The notes under the pieces were generated by a model, which searched no databases, was not told the origin of the DNA, and saw nothing but the letters and a program-made list of their open reading frames with translations. This document shows, piece by piece, positions 1 through 8,049 of a DNA stretch of 32,000 nucleotides (the stretch's first letter is position 1; each line of letters starts with the position of its first letter). Source of the DNA: Candidatus Baldrarchaeota archaeon (GTDB lineage: Archaea; Asgardarchaeota; Baldrarchaeia; Baldrarchaeales; DXJG01); NCBI GenBank assembly GCA_019056805.1, contig DXJG01000002.1:313103-345102 (forward strand). The letters run 5' to 3'. A program made the position numbers and the translations under genes.

Positions 1-219
1 CCCAGCACCGAATACAAGACCGGAGACTGGAAAGTATTCAAACCAGTGATAAACTATGAAAAATGTACTAAATGTTTGTTCTGCCACATATATTGCCCCG
101 ATGGTGCCATAAAAATTAAAGAGGACGGATACCCTGAGCCAGACTACGACTTCTGCAAGGGATGCGGTATTTGTGCGGAGGAATGCCCTGTAAAAGCTAT
201 TGAAATGGTTAAAGATTAG
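1..219 (+). CDS. porD: 2-oxoacid (pyruvate):ferredoxin oxidoreductase delta subunit, 5'-truncated by window edge
   Basis: Not in the ORF track. Frame 1 reads PSTEYKTGDWKVFKPVINYEKCTKCLFCHIYCPDGAI...DYDFCKGCGICAEECPVKAIEMVKD* (TAG 217-219). It has the KTGDW motif and two CxxCxxCxxxCP ferredoxin motifs, directly upstream of porA. Confidence 0.93.
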   Translation, partial: PSTEYKTGDWKVFKPVINYEKCTKCLFCHIYCPDGAIKIKEDGYPEPDYDFCKGCGICAEECPVKAIEMVKD

Positions 220-233
220 TGGAGGTATGAAAA

Positions 234-1454
234 ATGGAGATCAAACAAATTCTTATGGGTTTAAATGGTGACGAAGCTGTTGCATACGCTATCAAACAAG
301 TAGATCCAGATGTAGTTGCTGCTTACCCAATAACTCCACAAACTATCATCGTAGAGAGATTTTCTGAGTATGTTGCTGATGGCGAAGTGCATACAGAATT
401 TATTTCTGTCGAATCTGAACATAGCGCCCTAAGCGCCTGTGTTGGCGCTGCAGCTGCTGGCGCCAGAGCTTTCACAGCAACCGCTGCAAATGGTTTAGCG
501 CTTATGTGGGAAATCTTATACATAGCAGCTTCATGCAGACTTCCAATAGTCATGGCAATTGTAAATAGAGCTTTAAGCGGACCAATTAACATTCATTGTG
601 ACCATAGCGATGCTATGGGTGCCAGAGACAGTGGATGGATTCAAATTTTCTGTGAAAATAGTCAAGAAGCTTACGACTCTACAATTCAAGCCTGGAGAAT
701 AGCAGAACACCCTGATGTACAATTACCTGTCATGGTTTGTCTCGATGGTTTCGTACTAAGTCACACATTGGAAAATGTCATGACATTGCCAGACGAAGTT
801 GTTAAAAAATTCATTGGCGAAAGAAAATTCGTAACGATAAAAAATCACTTTGGAAAGGAAGTTCCATTTATACTAGATCCTGAAAATCCGATCACCATCG
901 GTCCATTAGACCTCTACGACTTCTACTTTGAACATAAAATGCAACAAATCCACGCTATGGAAAACGCTCCAAGAGTCATCGAAGAAGTCGGTAAAGAATA
1001 CGGAAAAATCTCTGGTAGAACCTACGGGCTGGTTCACCCATATAAATTAGAAGACGCTGAAATAGCTATTATCGGACTTGGATCAACGATGGGAACCGCA
1101 AAAATCGTTGTAGATAGATTAAGAGAGAAAGGTGTAAAAGCTGGGCTTCTAAGAATAAGATCCTTTAGACCATTCCCAGCTCAACAAATAATTGAACACT
1201 TAAAAGATAAGAAGGTAATCGGAGTTCTCGACAGAGCAGCAAGTTTCGGTGCCTATGGCGGTCCACTATTTAATGAAGTAAGAAACGCGTTTTATGATCA
1301 GGATATTAAACCATTAATCTCCAATTACATCTATGGACTCGGCGGCAGAGACATGCCTCCTCAGAGACTAATGATAATTTTCGAAGACCTACAGAAAATC
1401 ATGGAAACCAAGAGAATTGAAAAGACTGTAAAATATATTGGAGTTCGAGAATAG
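234..1454 (+). CDS. porA: 2-oxoacid (pyruvate):ferredoxin oxidoreductase alpha subunit
   Basis: AYPITPQT, ESEHSA, TATAANGL, NRALSGPINIHCDH and GLGGRD motifs; SD GGAGG upstream. Substrate specificity (pyruvate vs ketoisovalerate) cannot be fixed from sequence. Confidence 0.93.
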   Translation: MEIKQILMGLNGDEAVAYAIKQVDPDVVAAYPITPQTIIVERFSEYVADGEVHTEFISVESEHSALSACVGAAAAGARAFTATAANGLALMWEILYIAASCRLPIVMAIVNRALSGPINIHCDHSDAMGARDSGWIQIFCENSQEAYDSTIQAWRIAEHPDVQLPVMVCLDGFVLSHTLENVMTLPDEVVKKFIGERKFVTIKNHFGKEVPFILDPENPITIGPLDLYDFYFEHKMQQIHAMENAPRVIEEVGKEYGKISGRTYGLVHPYKLEDAEIAIIGLGSTMGTAKIVVDRLREKGVKAGLLRIRSFRPFPAQQIIEHLKDKKVIGVLDRAASFGAYGGPLFNEVRNAFYDQDIKPLISNYIYGLGGRDMPPQRLMIIFEDLQKIMETKRIEKTVKYIGVRE

Positions 1455-1467
1455 GAGGGGAGAATAA

Positions 1468-2448
1468 ATGGCTGAAAAATTAACTCTAAAAGATATTGCT
1501 AAAAAACCCGATCTACTTATGTCTGGCCACAGACTTTGTGCTGGATGTGCAGCAGGTACAATTGTGAGACTCGCATTAAAAGCAACACGAGGCCCCGTAA
1601 TTCTTGCTAACGCTACTGGTTGTCTCGAAGTAGCAACTACGATCTTCCCATACTCATCTTGGAAAGTACCATGGATACACAACGCATTTGAAAATGTTGC
1701 AGCCACCGCAAGCGGGATCGAAGCAGCATTTAGAGCAATGAAAAAGGTAAATAAAGGCCCATTGGCAAAATATGAACATATAGACGTAATAGCATTTGCA
1801 GGAGACGGAGGAACCTACGACATAGGATTCCAAGCCTTAAGTGGAGCCCTTGAAAGAGGACACGACTTCCTATACATACTCTATGACAATGAAGCCTACA
1901 TGAACACAGGTATTCAAAGAAGTGGCGGGACTCCTCGCTTTGCTTGGACTACTACCTCTCCTGCTGGCAAGGTTATCCCAGGTAAGCGAAAATGGAAGAA
2001 ACCAATTGCAAGAGTAGTTGCTGAACATGAAATTCCCTATGTGGCAACCGCAAGCATAGCATATCCAATGGACTTCGTTAGGAAAGTTAGAAAAGGCTTA
2101 GAGGTTGAAGGACCAGCTTTTATACATGTACTATCTCCTTGTACACGTGGTTGGAGATATCCACCAGAAAAAACCATAAAGATAGCTAAGTTAGCTGTTG
2201 AAACATGTTTCTTACCGCTGTGGGAAGCAGAGTTCAAAGATGGTGAAATAGTCTACACACTTTCCGCTCCCAGCGAGAGAATCGCTAGAAAACCCGAGTT
2301 AAAGAAACCTATTGAAGAGTATTTAAAGCTTCAGGGAAGATTTAGCCACCTATTTAGGCCCAAGAAAAGAGACGACCTCATAAGCGAAATTCAACAATGG
2401 GTAGACTACGAATGGAGATTGATATTAAAAAGATGCGGAAAACTTTAA
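1468..2448 (+). CDS. porB: 2-oxoacid (pyruvate):ferredoxin oxidoreductase beta subunit
   Basis: GHRLCAGC, TGCLEV, TPP-binding GDGGTYDIG...YDNEAYMNTG and SPC motifs; SD GGAGGG. Confidence 0.93.
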   Translation: MAEKLTLKDIAKKPDLLMSGHRLCAGCAAGTIVRLALKATRGPVILANATGCLEVATTIFPYSSWKVPWIHNAFENVAATASGIEAAFRAMKKVNKGPLAKYEHIDVIAFAGDGGTYDIGFQALSGALERGHDFLYILYDNEAYMNTGIQRSGGTPRFAWTTTSPAGKVIPGKRKWKKPIARVVAEHEIPYVATASIAYPMDFVRKVRKGLEVEGPAFIHVLSPCTRGWRYPPEKTIKIAKLAVETCFLPLWEAEFKDGEIVYTLSAPSERIARKPELKKPIEEYLKLQGRFSHLFRPKKRDDLISEIQQWVDYEWRLILKRCGKL

Positions 2449-2460
2449 ACCCAATTTATC

Positions 2461-2468
2461 TCTTTTTT
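2461..2468 (+). terminator. Possible archaeal oligo-U terminator of the por operon
   Basis: TCTTTTTT begins 13 nt after the porB stop codon. Confidence 0.35.
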
Positions 2469-2677
2469 AATCCTCAGTAAAATGACAAAATTTTCCTAAA
2501 GATCTAAATATAATAAAAGTTTTAGAAGATTAGGACCGCTAAAACTACATTAATTTTTTCAAAAATCTCCACTATAAGCATAACCTTTTAGATTTCTATT
2601 TTTAAACGTGTATCGAAAGTAACGCTATTTTACAAGTCTTTATTCTTTGATTGTAGTTTTTATCGGCATATTTATGA

Positions 2678-2706
2678 TTAGAAAACTTAATATTTAAGTT
2701 TTCTAA
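2678..2706. promoter_or_regulatory. Perfect 13-bp inverted repeat overlapping the putative BRE/TATA of the profilin gene
   Basis: TTAGAAAACTTAA-tat-TTAAGTTTTCTAA, ending 25 nt upstream of the profilin ATG. Confidence 0.55.
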
Positions 2707-2731
2707 ATTGTTGTAATGGTGGTAATAAAAA

Positions 2732-3103
2732 ATGTCCGAAGAAGCTATACATATAATAAGCGAATTAATGACACAAAATCCCACGATTACGGCCTTAGCC
2801 ATTGTTTCAAGCAGCGATCAAGTTTTATGGCAAACACCAAGCTGGAATATCCAAGGATCAAGAATCATCTCGGCTTGGATGAATAGAGAACCTAGCATAG
2901 TTGTTCAAGGTGTAAAATATTCAACCTTCCAAGCAGAACCAGAAAAACTTATAGCCAAAAACCTCTTTGGCTACGGTTATATAGTTGCAACACCTATAAC
3001 CAGCGAGTTATTTCTAGTAGCTTACGTTATCCCCGATGGAGATCCAAAAGCAGCTTTTGTAGATCTGTATAATGCAGCTATAAAAATAAGAAAAATAATC
3101 TAA
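2732..3103 (+). CDS. Asgard-type profilin (actin-monomer-binding protein)
   Basis: 123 aa. ALAIV..SDQVLWQTPSWNI, REPSIVVQGVKYS, LIAKNLFGYGYIV and FLVAYVIPDGDPKAAF closely match recalled Odin/Loki profilins (e.g. WSVDG..NREPSIIIQGVKYS). Confidence 0.88.
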   Translation: MSEEAIHIISELMTQNPTITALAIVSSSDQVLWQTPSWNIQGSRIISAWMNREPSIVVQGVKYSTFQAEPEKLIAKNLFGYGYIVATPITSELFLVAYVIPDGDPKAAFVDLYNAAIKIRKII

Positions 3104-3200
3104 TTTAAAATTAGTTTTTGAATCTTAATTTTATTTGATTTTGTTTTAAGAACACTATTAATTTATATTAGGGAGACATATTAAGAGCATTGGTGATTAC

Positions 3201-3932
3201 ATGGCATTTGTCGGCGCAACTGGAGATATTCACTCCCCCAAACACTTTCAACTATTTAAAGAAGCGCTAGAAAAAACAGAGATAGATAAACTTGACATTC
3301 TAATTTTCGCCGGAGATCTCATCTACAAAGGAAAAATCGAAGAATTTAAAAACATTCTAAAGGCTTTAGACGATTTTGGAGTTAAATGTCCAATCGTATC
3401 CATCTTTGGAAATGAGGAGTATGAACACCTCCACAATAAAATTCGTGAAATTACCTCTGGAAAAATCACATTTCTCGAAGATGAACTTCTAGAAATTAAA
3501 ACCAACGGAAAAACTTTAGGAATAGTTGGCTCAAAGGGATCGCTAGACAAACCTACAACGTGGCAAGCAAGAAATATCCCAAACATTAGAGAAATATATA
3601 GCGAGAGAGTAAACAAAGTCGATGAACTACTCGGAAAGTTAAATACAGACTTTAAGATACTTGTTTTACATTATGCTCCGACCTATAAAACACTTGAAGG
3701 AGAAAAACCATCAATTTACCCTTATCTAGGATGCAAAAAATATGAAAAAATTATTGCCAAGAGACGTCCAGACCTTGTTATCCATGGTCATGCTCACAAT
3801 GGAAAACCAAAGGATTATGTAGAAAATATCCCAATATACAATGTTTCTCTTCCCTTGGTTAAAAAAATAATCACCATCAAACTTCCAATTAAAACGTCTC
3901 TAGAATACTTCTTTGCAAAGAGGGAAAGATAA
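3201..3932 (+). CDS. Calcineurin-like metallophosphoesterase
   Basis: GDIH, AGDL, GNEE, HYAP and HGHAH metal-binding motifs; SD GGTGA. Confidence 0.9.
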   Translation: MAFVGATGDIHSPKHFQLFKEALEKTEIDKLDILIFAGDLIYKGKIEEFKNILKALDDFGVKCPIVSIFGNEEYEHLHNKIREITSGKITFLEDELLEIKTNGKTLGIVGSKGSLDKPTTWQARNIPNIREIYSERVNKVDELLGKLNTDFKILVLHYAPTYKTLEGEKPSIYPYLGCKKYEKIIAKRRPDLVIHGHAHNGKPKDYVENIPIYNVSLPLVKKIITIKLPIKTSLEYFFAKRER

Positions 3933-3933
3933 A

Positions 3934-4203
3934 ATGAGAGAATTTCTTGAAATAGAAGATCCTGACGCCTTTATAAAAATATCTCAAGCCGCTAATTTCG
4001 TAATTAGAGTCGATCCATTCATTTTTATCTACATCTATGGCCTTATATTCTACATCGACCTTGGAAAACTAGAGACTGCAGAAGTCAAGAAAATCTTTCA
4101 AAATCTTAGAGACAAGCTAGTAATCGTAAAGAACGTGGAAAAAAGCAGGTCTATATATGAATTCCTAAAAGAAAAGTTAGGAAAAAGAATGAAGAAACCC
4201 TAG
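3934..4203 (+). CDS. Small hypothetical protein (89 aa), probably co-transcribed with the metallophosphoesterase
   Basis: ATG at 3934 lies 1 nt after the upstream TAA (the track's TTG start at 3913 overlaps the previous gene). Typical codon usage; no family recognised. Confidence 0.7.
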   Translation: MREFLEIEDPDAFIKISQAANFVIRVDPFIFIYIYGLIFYIDLGKLETAEVKKIFQNLRDKLVIVKNVEKSRSIYEFLKEKLGKRMKKP

Positions 4204-5045
4204 TCATCTGTAGCAAGCAGTTTAACAATTTGCGGAAATATGTATTCTGCTACATCTCTTCTTGATCCACCACCAGTTAAAACTACATATTTTCCTTCAC
4301 ATACTTCCTCACTGCAAATCTTCACAACTTTTACAAGTTCTATAAAAAAGTTTGGTGATAGTCCTCGATCTCCGTAGTCTCCTTCACACGTGTCATGTCC
4401 CAAAAAATGAAAAATTATCTGGGGCCGAAAACTACGGACCCTTGGTATAAATTCTTCCTTAACAAATTTAAGATACATCTCATCCGTAGTTTTCCACCCG
4501 ACATCTACATCGACTTTTGTACCGTCATCTTCAATAACATTACTACTACAGAAACATACATGTAATACATCTCTATTTCCCATAAACATTGCTCTATCTC
4601 CGTCTCCATGATGACTATCAGTATCTAAAATCGCAAACTTCTTCACTCCATGTTTTTCTCTCAGATACCTAATTGTTGGTCCTAGAGATGACAAATAGGT
4701 CCCACCCCATGCACTAGATGGGCCAGCATGATGACCTGCTGCAACCGTAAATACTAATGCATTTCTTAATTCTCCTTTCCACACCATTTCTGCTGCCTTT
4801 ACACAACCACCCACCGCTCTTAAAGCCCCCTCATAATACCATGCACTTCTAGTCTGTTCCAAAAGTTCTGGAGTATGAACTTTTCTTAACAGTTCCTCAT
4901 CAACAGGCGGAGAGTCAAATAACTGAACATTTGGAAGCCTTAAAATATCATTCATAACCTCGGGAAAATTCCTAAACTTATCTCCAATAATCGGCCAATC
5001 CCGTCCCTTAAAAACGCTCGAAAAGAAAACTCCAGTTATCCGCAT
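4200..5045 (-). CDS. Histone deacetylase/arginase-fold Zn hydrolase (atypical active site)
   Basis: LRKVHTPE, AGHHAG, ILDTDSHHGDG, GHD and LTGGG motifs; SD GAGGAGG. Confidence 0.85.
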   Translation of the reverse strand: MRITGVFFSSVFKGRDWPIIGDKFRNFPEVMNDILRLPNVQLFDSPPVDEELLRKVHTPELLEQTRSAWYYEGALRAVGGCVKAAEMVWKGELRNALVFTVAAGHHAGPSSAWGGTYLSSLGPTIRYLREKHGVKKFAILDTDSHHGDGDRAMFMGNRDVLHVCFCSSNVIEDDGTKVDVDVGWKTTDEMYLKFVKEEFIPRVRSFRPQIIFHFLGHDTCEGDYGDRGLSPNFFIELVKVVKICSEEVCEGKYVVLTGGGSRRDVAEYIFPQIVKLLATDD

Positions 5046-5512
5046 TTTACCCTCCTCACTGTCTGGGTACTTCGTTTTTTAAAAAGAATTTTAGCATCAC
5101 AAACCATCACAATCTCACCACGTTGATTAACAACCTCGTTATGAAACGTTATTAGTCCCGTCTCGCCTCTATCCTCCATACCGACTATCTTCATTTTTAC
5201 TTTTATTGTATCTCCTATAAAAACTGGTCGAGTAAACCTTAATCGATCCACACCATAAAAGGCTTCTACCGTACCTTCTAGGAACCCTATACGTCCCCAC
5301 AAGCCTGTCATTATAGCGAATGTTAAAGCGCCATGGGCAATACGCCTACCAAACCTTGTCTTCTTTGCAAATTCTTTATCTATGTGAAGAGGATTAAAAT
5401 CCCCGCTTATTCCAGCAAAATTAACAATATCGGCCTCTGTTACCGTTCTAGCTGGAGATTCAAACTCTTCACCCTCTTTAAAATCTTCAAAAAATCTACC
5501 AACCTCAACCAT
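5036..5512 (-). CDS. MaoC-family (hot-dog fold) dehydratase
   Basis: FFEDF..GE, RTVTEADIVNFAGISGDFNPLHID, IAHG and RFTRPVFIGDT. Likely start is the ATG at 5512 after SD AGGTGAT, not the track's 5563. Confidence 0.9.
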   Translation of the reverse strand: MVEVGRFFEDFKEGEEFESPARTVTEADIVNFAGISGDFNPLHIDKEFAKKTRFGRRIAHGALTFAIMTGLWGRIGFLEGTVEAFYGVDRLRFTRPVFIGDTIKVKMKIVGMEDRGETGLITFHNEVVNQRGEIVMVCDAKILFKKRSTQTVRRVKCG

Positions 5513-5559
5513 ATCATCACCTGCAAACATGATGAATTTTACTTTCAACAGTAATATTC

Positions 5560-6003
5560 TCAACCTTTTCCTTTATTTTTGTGTTTAGGGACCCAAACTC
5601 TTTCAGCATCTAAAATATGAGCGACTCGCCATCCACGTTCCTCCAAAGTTATACTAATATATTTGCGATGACATCTCCATGGGAACCTCTCCGCACACAT
5701 GATTACAGTTCTACTGTCCTCAGCTATTTTCTCCAGCTTTTTAATACCCATCATAAACTCTACGCTTTCCATATATCTCTTGTATCCACCTCTCCTATAT
5801 CCTCCTAATTCCTTACCCAAATAGATGTACCGTATTCCTTCCTGTTTCAAAAGATGCTCCAATTTTTCTTTTTTAAAATGTTCAAGCTTACTGGTAGGAA
5901 ATCTTCTAACATCAACCAAAATACTTATCTTAAACTGCTTCAAAAGCGATAAAAATTCCTCAAAACTCCTAGTACTATGACCAATAGTAAAGATTTCTTT
6001 CAT
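5560..6003 (-). CDS. DUF488 family protein
   Basis: IFTIGHSTRS, LVDVRRFP, ELGGYR and MCAERFPWRCHR motifs. Likely start is the ATG at 6003 after SD GGTGA. Confidence 0.88.
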   Translation of the reverse strand: MKEIFTIGHSTRSFEEFLSLLKQFKISILVDVRRFPTSKLEHFKKEKLEHLLKQEGIRYIYLGKELGGYRRGGYKRYMESVEFMMGIKKLEKIAEDSRTVIMCAERFPWRCHRKYISITLEERGWRVAHILDAERVWVPKHKNKGKG

Positions 6004-6062
6004 TAAATTCACCACTAATCATATATTAAATTACAAATTCGATTTAAGTTGGAGGGATAACC

Positions 6063-6491
6063 ATGAAATATGTAAACGACAGTTTCACGATAAAAACTAG
6101 TAAACGATTAGAAATAATAGATATTACAAATTATGTTGAAAGCATGGTTAGAAAATCTGGAATAAAAGAAGGAGTACTGATTGTTTTTGAACCTCATACC
6201 ACAGCGGCTATAACAATTAATGAGAACGATCCTGAACTATTTGAAGATCTACTCCATATTTATACCAAAATTGCACCAATAGAACAGAAGTATCAACACA
6301 ACTTGAAGTATGCAGGTGTCCCCGGAGAACAGAACGCTCATGCTCACATACTTTCCTCACTTATAAAACCCTCAGTAATTATCCCAATAACAAATGGAGG
6401 TATCCAGCTAGGTACATGGCAGAGAGTGTTATTTGTTGAAATGGATGGACCAAGAACCAGAAAAGTCTATATAAAAGTAATAGGAGAATAG
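6063..6491 (+). CDS. yjbQ: YjbQ/UPF0047 family protein
   Basis: HTTAAITINEN, NAHAH, LGTWQ and EMDGPR motifs. Confidence 0.92.
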   Translation: MKYVNDSFTIKTSKRLEIIDITNYVESMVRKSGIKEGVLIVFEPHTTAAITINENDPELFEDLLHIYTKIAPIEQKYQHNLKYAGVPGEQNAHAHILSSLIKPSVIIPITNGGIQLGTWQRVLFVEMDGPRTRKVYIKVIGE

Positions 6492-6510
6492 TTTTAACTA
6501 AAAAGTTGAG

Positions 6511-6840
6511 TTATCTAACTTTGGTACCCGGTGGAACCTCTTCTTCCACCGTTAAAAGTATTGGTTTCTCTTTAGTGTCAGCAGCAAGGAGCATACCTTG
6601 AGACTCGATCCCTCTAAATTTCTTTGGCTCTAGATTCACGAGTACAACTATGAGTTTTCCCTCAATTTCCTCTGGTTTATACCAGCGTGCAATACCAGCA
6701 ACTAATTGTCTTTTCTCTTCTCCTAAATCCACTTCTAAGCGGATTAGATTTTTTGTTCCTTTAACTTGTTCGGCTTTCAGAACTTTTCCAATTCTTATAT
6801 CTAATTTTTGAAACTCGCTAAATGATATAGTTTCCACCAT
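6511..6840 (-). CDS. tRNA-binding OB-fold protein (Trbp111/CsaA/MetRS C-terminal domain)
   Basis: F.KLDIRIGKV, RQLVAGI, NLEPKKFRGIESQGMLLAA and PPGTKVR; starts 18 nt downstream of the scpB stop. Confidence 0.92.
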   Translation of the reverse strand: MVETISFSEFQKLDIRIGKVLKAEQVKGTKNLIRLEVDLGEEKRQLVAGIARWYKPEEIEGKLIVVLVNLEPKKFRGIESQGMLLAADTKEKPILLTVEEEVPPGTKVR

Positions 6841-6857
6841 TGCATATCCCTCTCAAA

Positions 6858-7406
6858 TCATTTTTTAGAGAGATACTTTTTAAGATCCTCCCCTATTTTC
6901 TGTTTTCTCCTCTCCTCAATGCCTTCTTTTAAATATTTTGAGGACAATCCAAAATATTCCTTTGATAATTTAGTAAGTGAAATGTAAATTACTCCTTCTT
7001 TATTTTCTCTAGCTATGTATCCCTCTTTTTCAAGTCTTTTAAGATGCGTATAGGCGTGTTTTCCAACTTTTTTAACGATCTCTGCTTGGGGGATAGATTG
7101 TTTTAACGCCAATAAACTTAAAATTTTTAAATCTGTTTTGGTGAGCGGAAACGGAGATAAATCAATAACATAAGGTGTATATTCAGATTTTAATTGCATA
7201 ACAGCCATATCATCAATAAATACTATTTCTATTGCACTCTCTCTTTCATCATACTCTCTTATTAATTCCTCTATAATTTTTATTACTCTTTTTGGAGTTG
7301 TTTTTGCTTTTTTAGCTAGTGTTGTTACTTTAACGGGTTTGCCCGCAGCATAAAGTACTGCTTCTACAATAGATTTTTTACTTAAACTACTAAGCTGGCT
7401 TGACAA
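6858..7406 (-). CDS. scpB: Segregation and condensation protein B (kite subunit)
   Basis: IVEAVLYAAGKPV, tandem winged-helix pattern, LKILSLLALKQSIPQAEI, KAYTHLKRL-like segment and EYFGL. Probable start is the TTG at 7406 after SD GGTGA (track start 7418); overlaps the scpA 3' end. Confidence 0.85.
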   Translation of the reverse strand: MSSQLSSLSKKSIVEAVLYAAGKPVKVTTLAKKAKTTPKRVIKIIEELIREYDERESAIEIVFIDDMAVMQLKSEYTPYVIDLSPFPLTKTDLKILSLLALKQSIPQAEIVKKVGKHAYTHLKRLEKEGYIARENKEGVIYISLTKLSKEYFGLSSKYLKEGIEERRKQKIGEDLKKYLSKK

Positions 7407-8049
7407 ATATTTCACCATCTTCTGTCTGATATATACTAATCTTACCTTCTAATTCAAGATACAGGAGACATAGAAGAGTTCTTATAATTTCTAGTTTTTC
7501 GTACCCCAATATAATATCTCTAAAAGCTATGTTTTTTGAACCCTTTTTGTAAAGGTCAATAATTTTCTCGTATACTTCACTAAGAAATCTTTCTATATTC
7601 ACCCTTTGCTCATTAAATCCAATAGTACTTTTAATATGTTCTTCCAACGCTTTTAAACGCTCATTAGATTTTCTCTTATCTTTAGTTTCCAATTCCATAA
7701 ATGCCAAAAGAAAATCCATTAACATGGGTTTTCTTCCAGGAACTCTAATTGCTGGAAACATGTACTCTACTTCTTTCTCACGATCTAACTCTTCAATAGT
7801 TGTCTTTTCTTCCAATGTTTTTGGAGGTGAAAGTATATAATTTACTTTTTGATGAAGAATGTAACTCAAGCTTGAAAAGCTTTTTCCAAGCAATCCTAGG
7901 GACATATCTCCCTTACGATATTTTTCCAAAGCTTTTTCTAGGAGGGGTATGATTTTAATGACCCAAGGATTGTTTTTATAAAATCTAGGGAAGAAAAGCC
8001 ATGTATCTTCTTCTTGATTGAAAAAATCTTCTTCATTGTTATTGACCAT
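7390..8049 (-). CDS. scpA: Segregation and condensation protein A (kleisin), short archaeal type
   Basis: NPWVIKI N-terminal kleisin motif, GLLGKSF..L...K helix and C-terminal winged helix (TLLCLLYLELEGKISIYQ...GEIFV); sits between smc and scpB. Confidence 0.8.
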   Translation of the reverse strand: MVNNNEEDFFNQEEDTWLFFPRFYKNNPWVIKIIPLLEKALEKYRKGDMSLGLLGKSFSSLSYILHQKVNYILSPPKTLEEKTTIEELDREKEVEYMFPAIRVPGRKPMLMDFLLAFMELETKDKRKSNERLKALEEHIKSTIGFNEQRVNIERFLSEVYEKIIDLYKKGSKNIAFRDIILGYEKLEIIRTLLCLLYLELEGKISIYQTEDGEIFVKPA

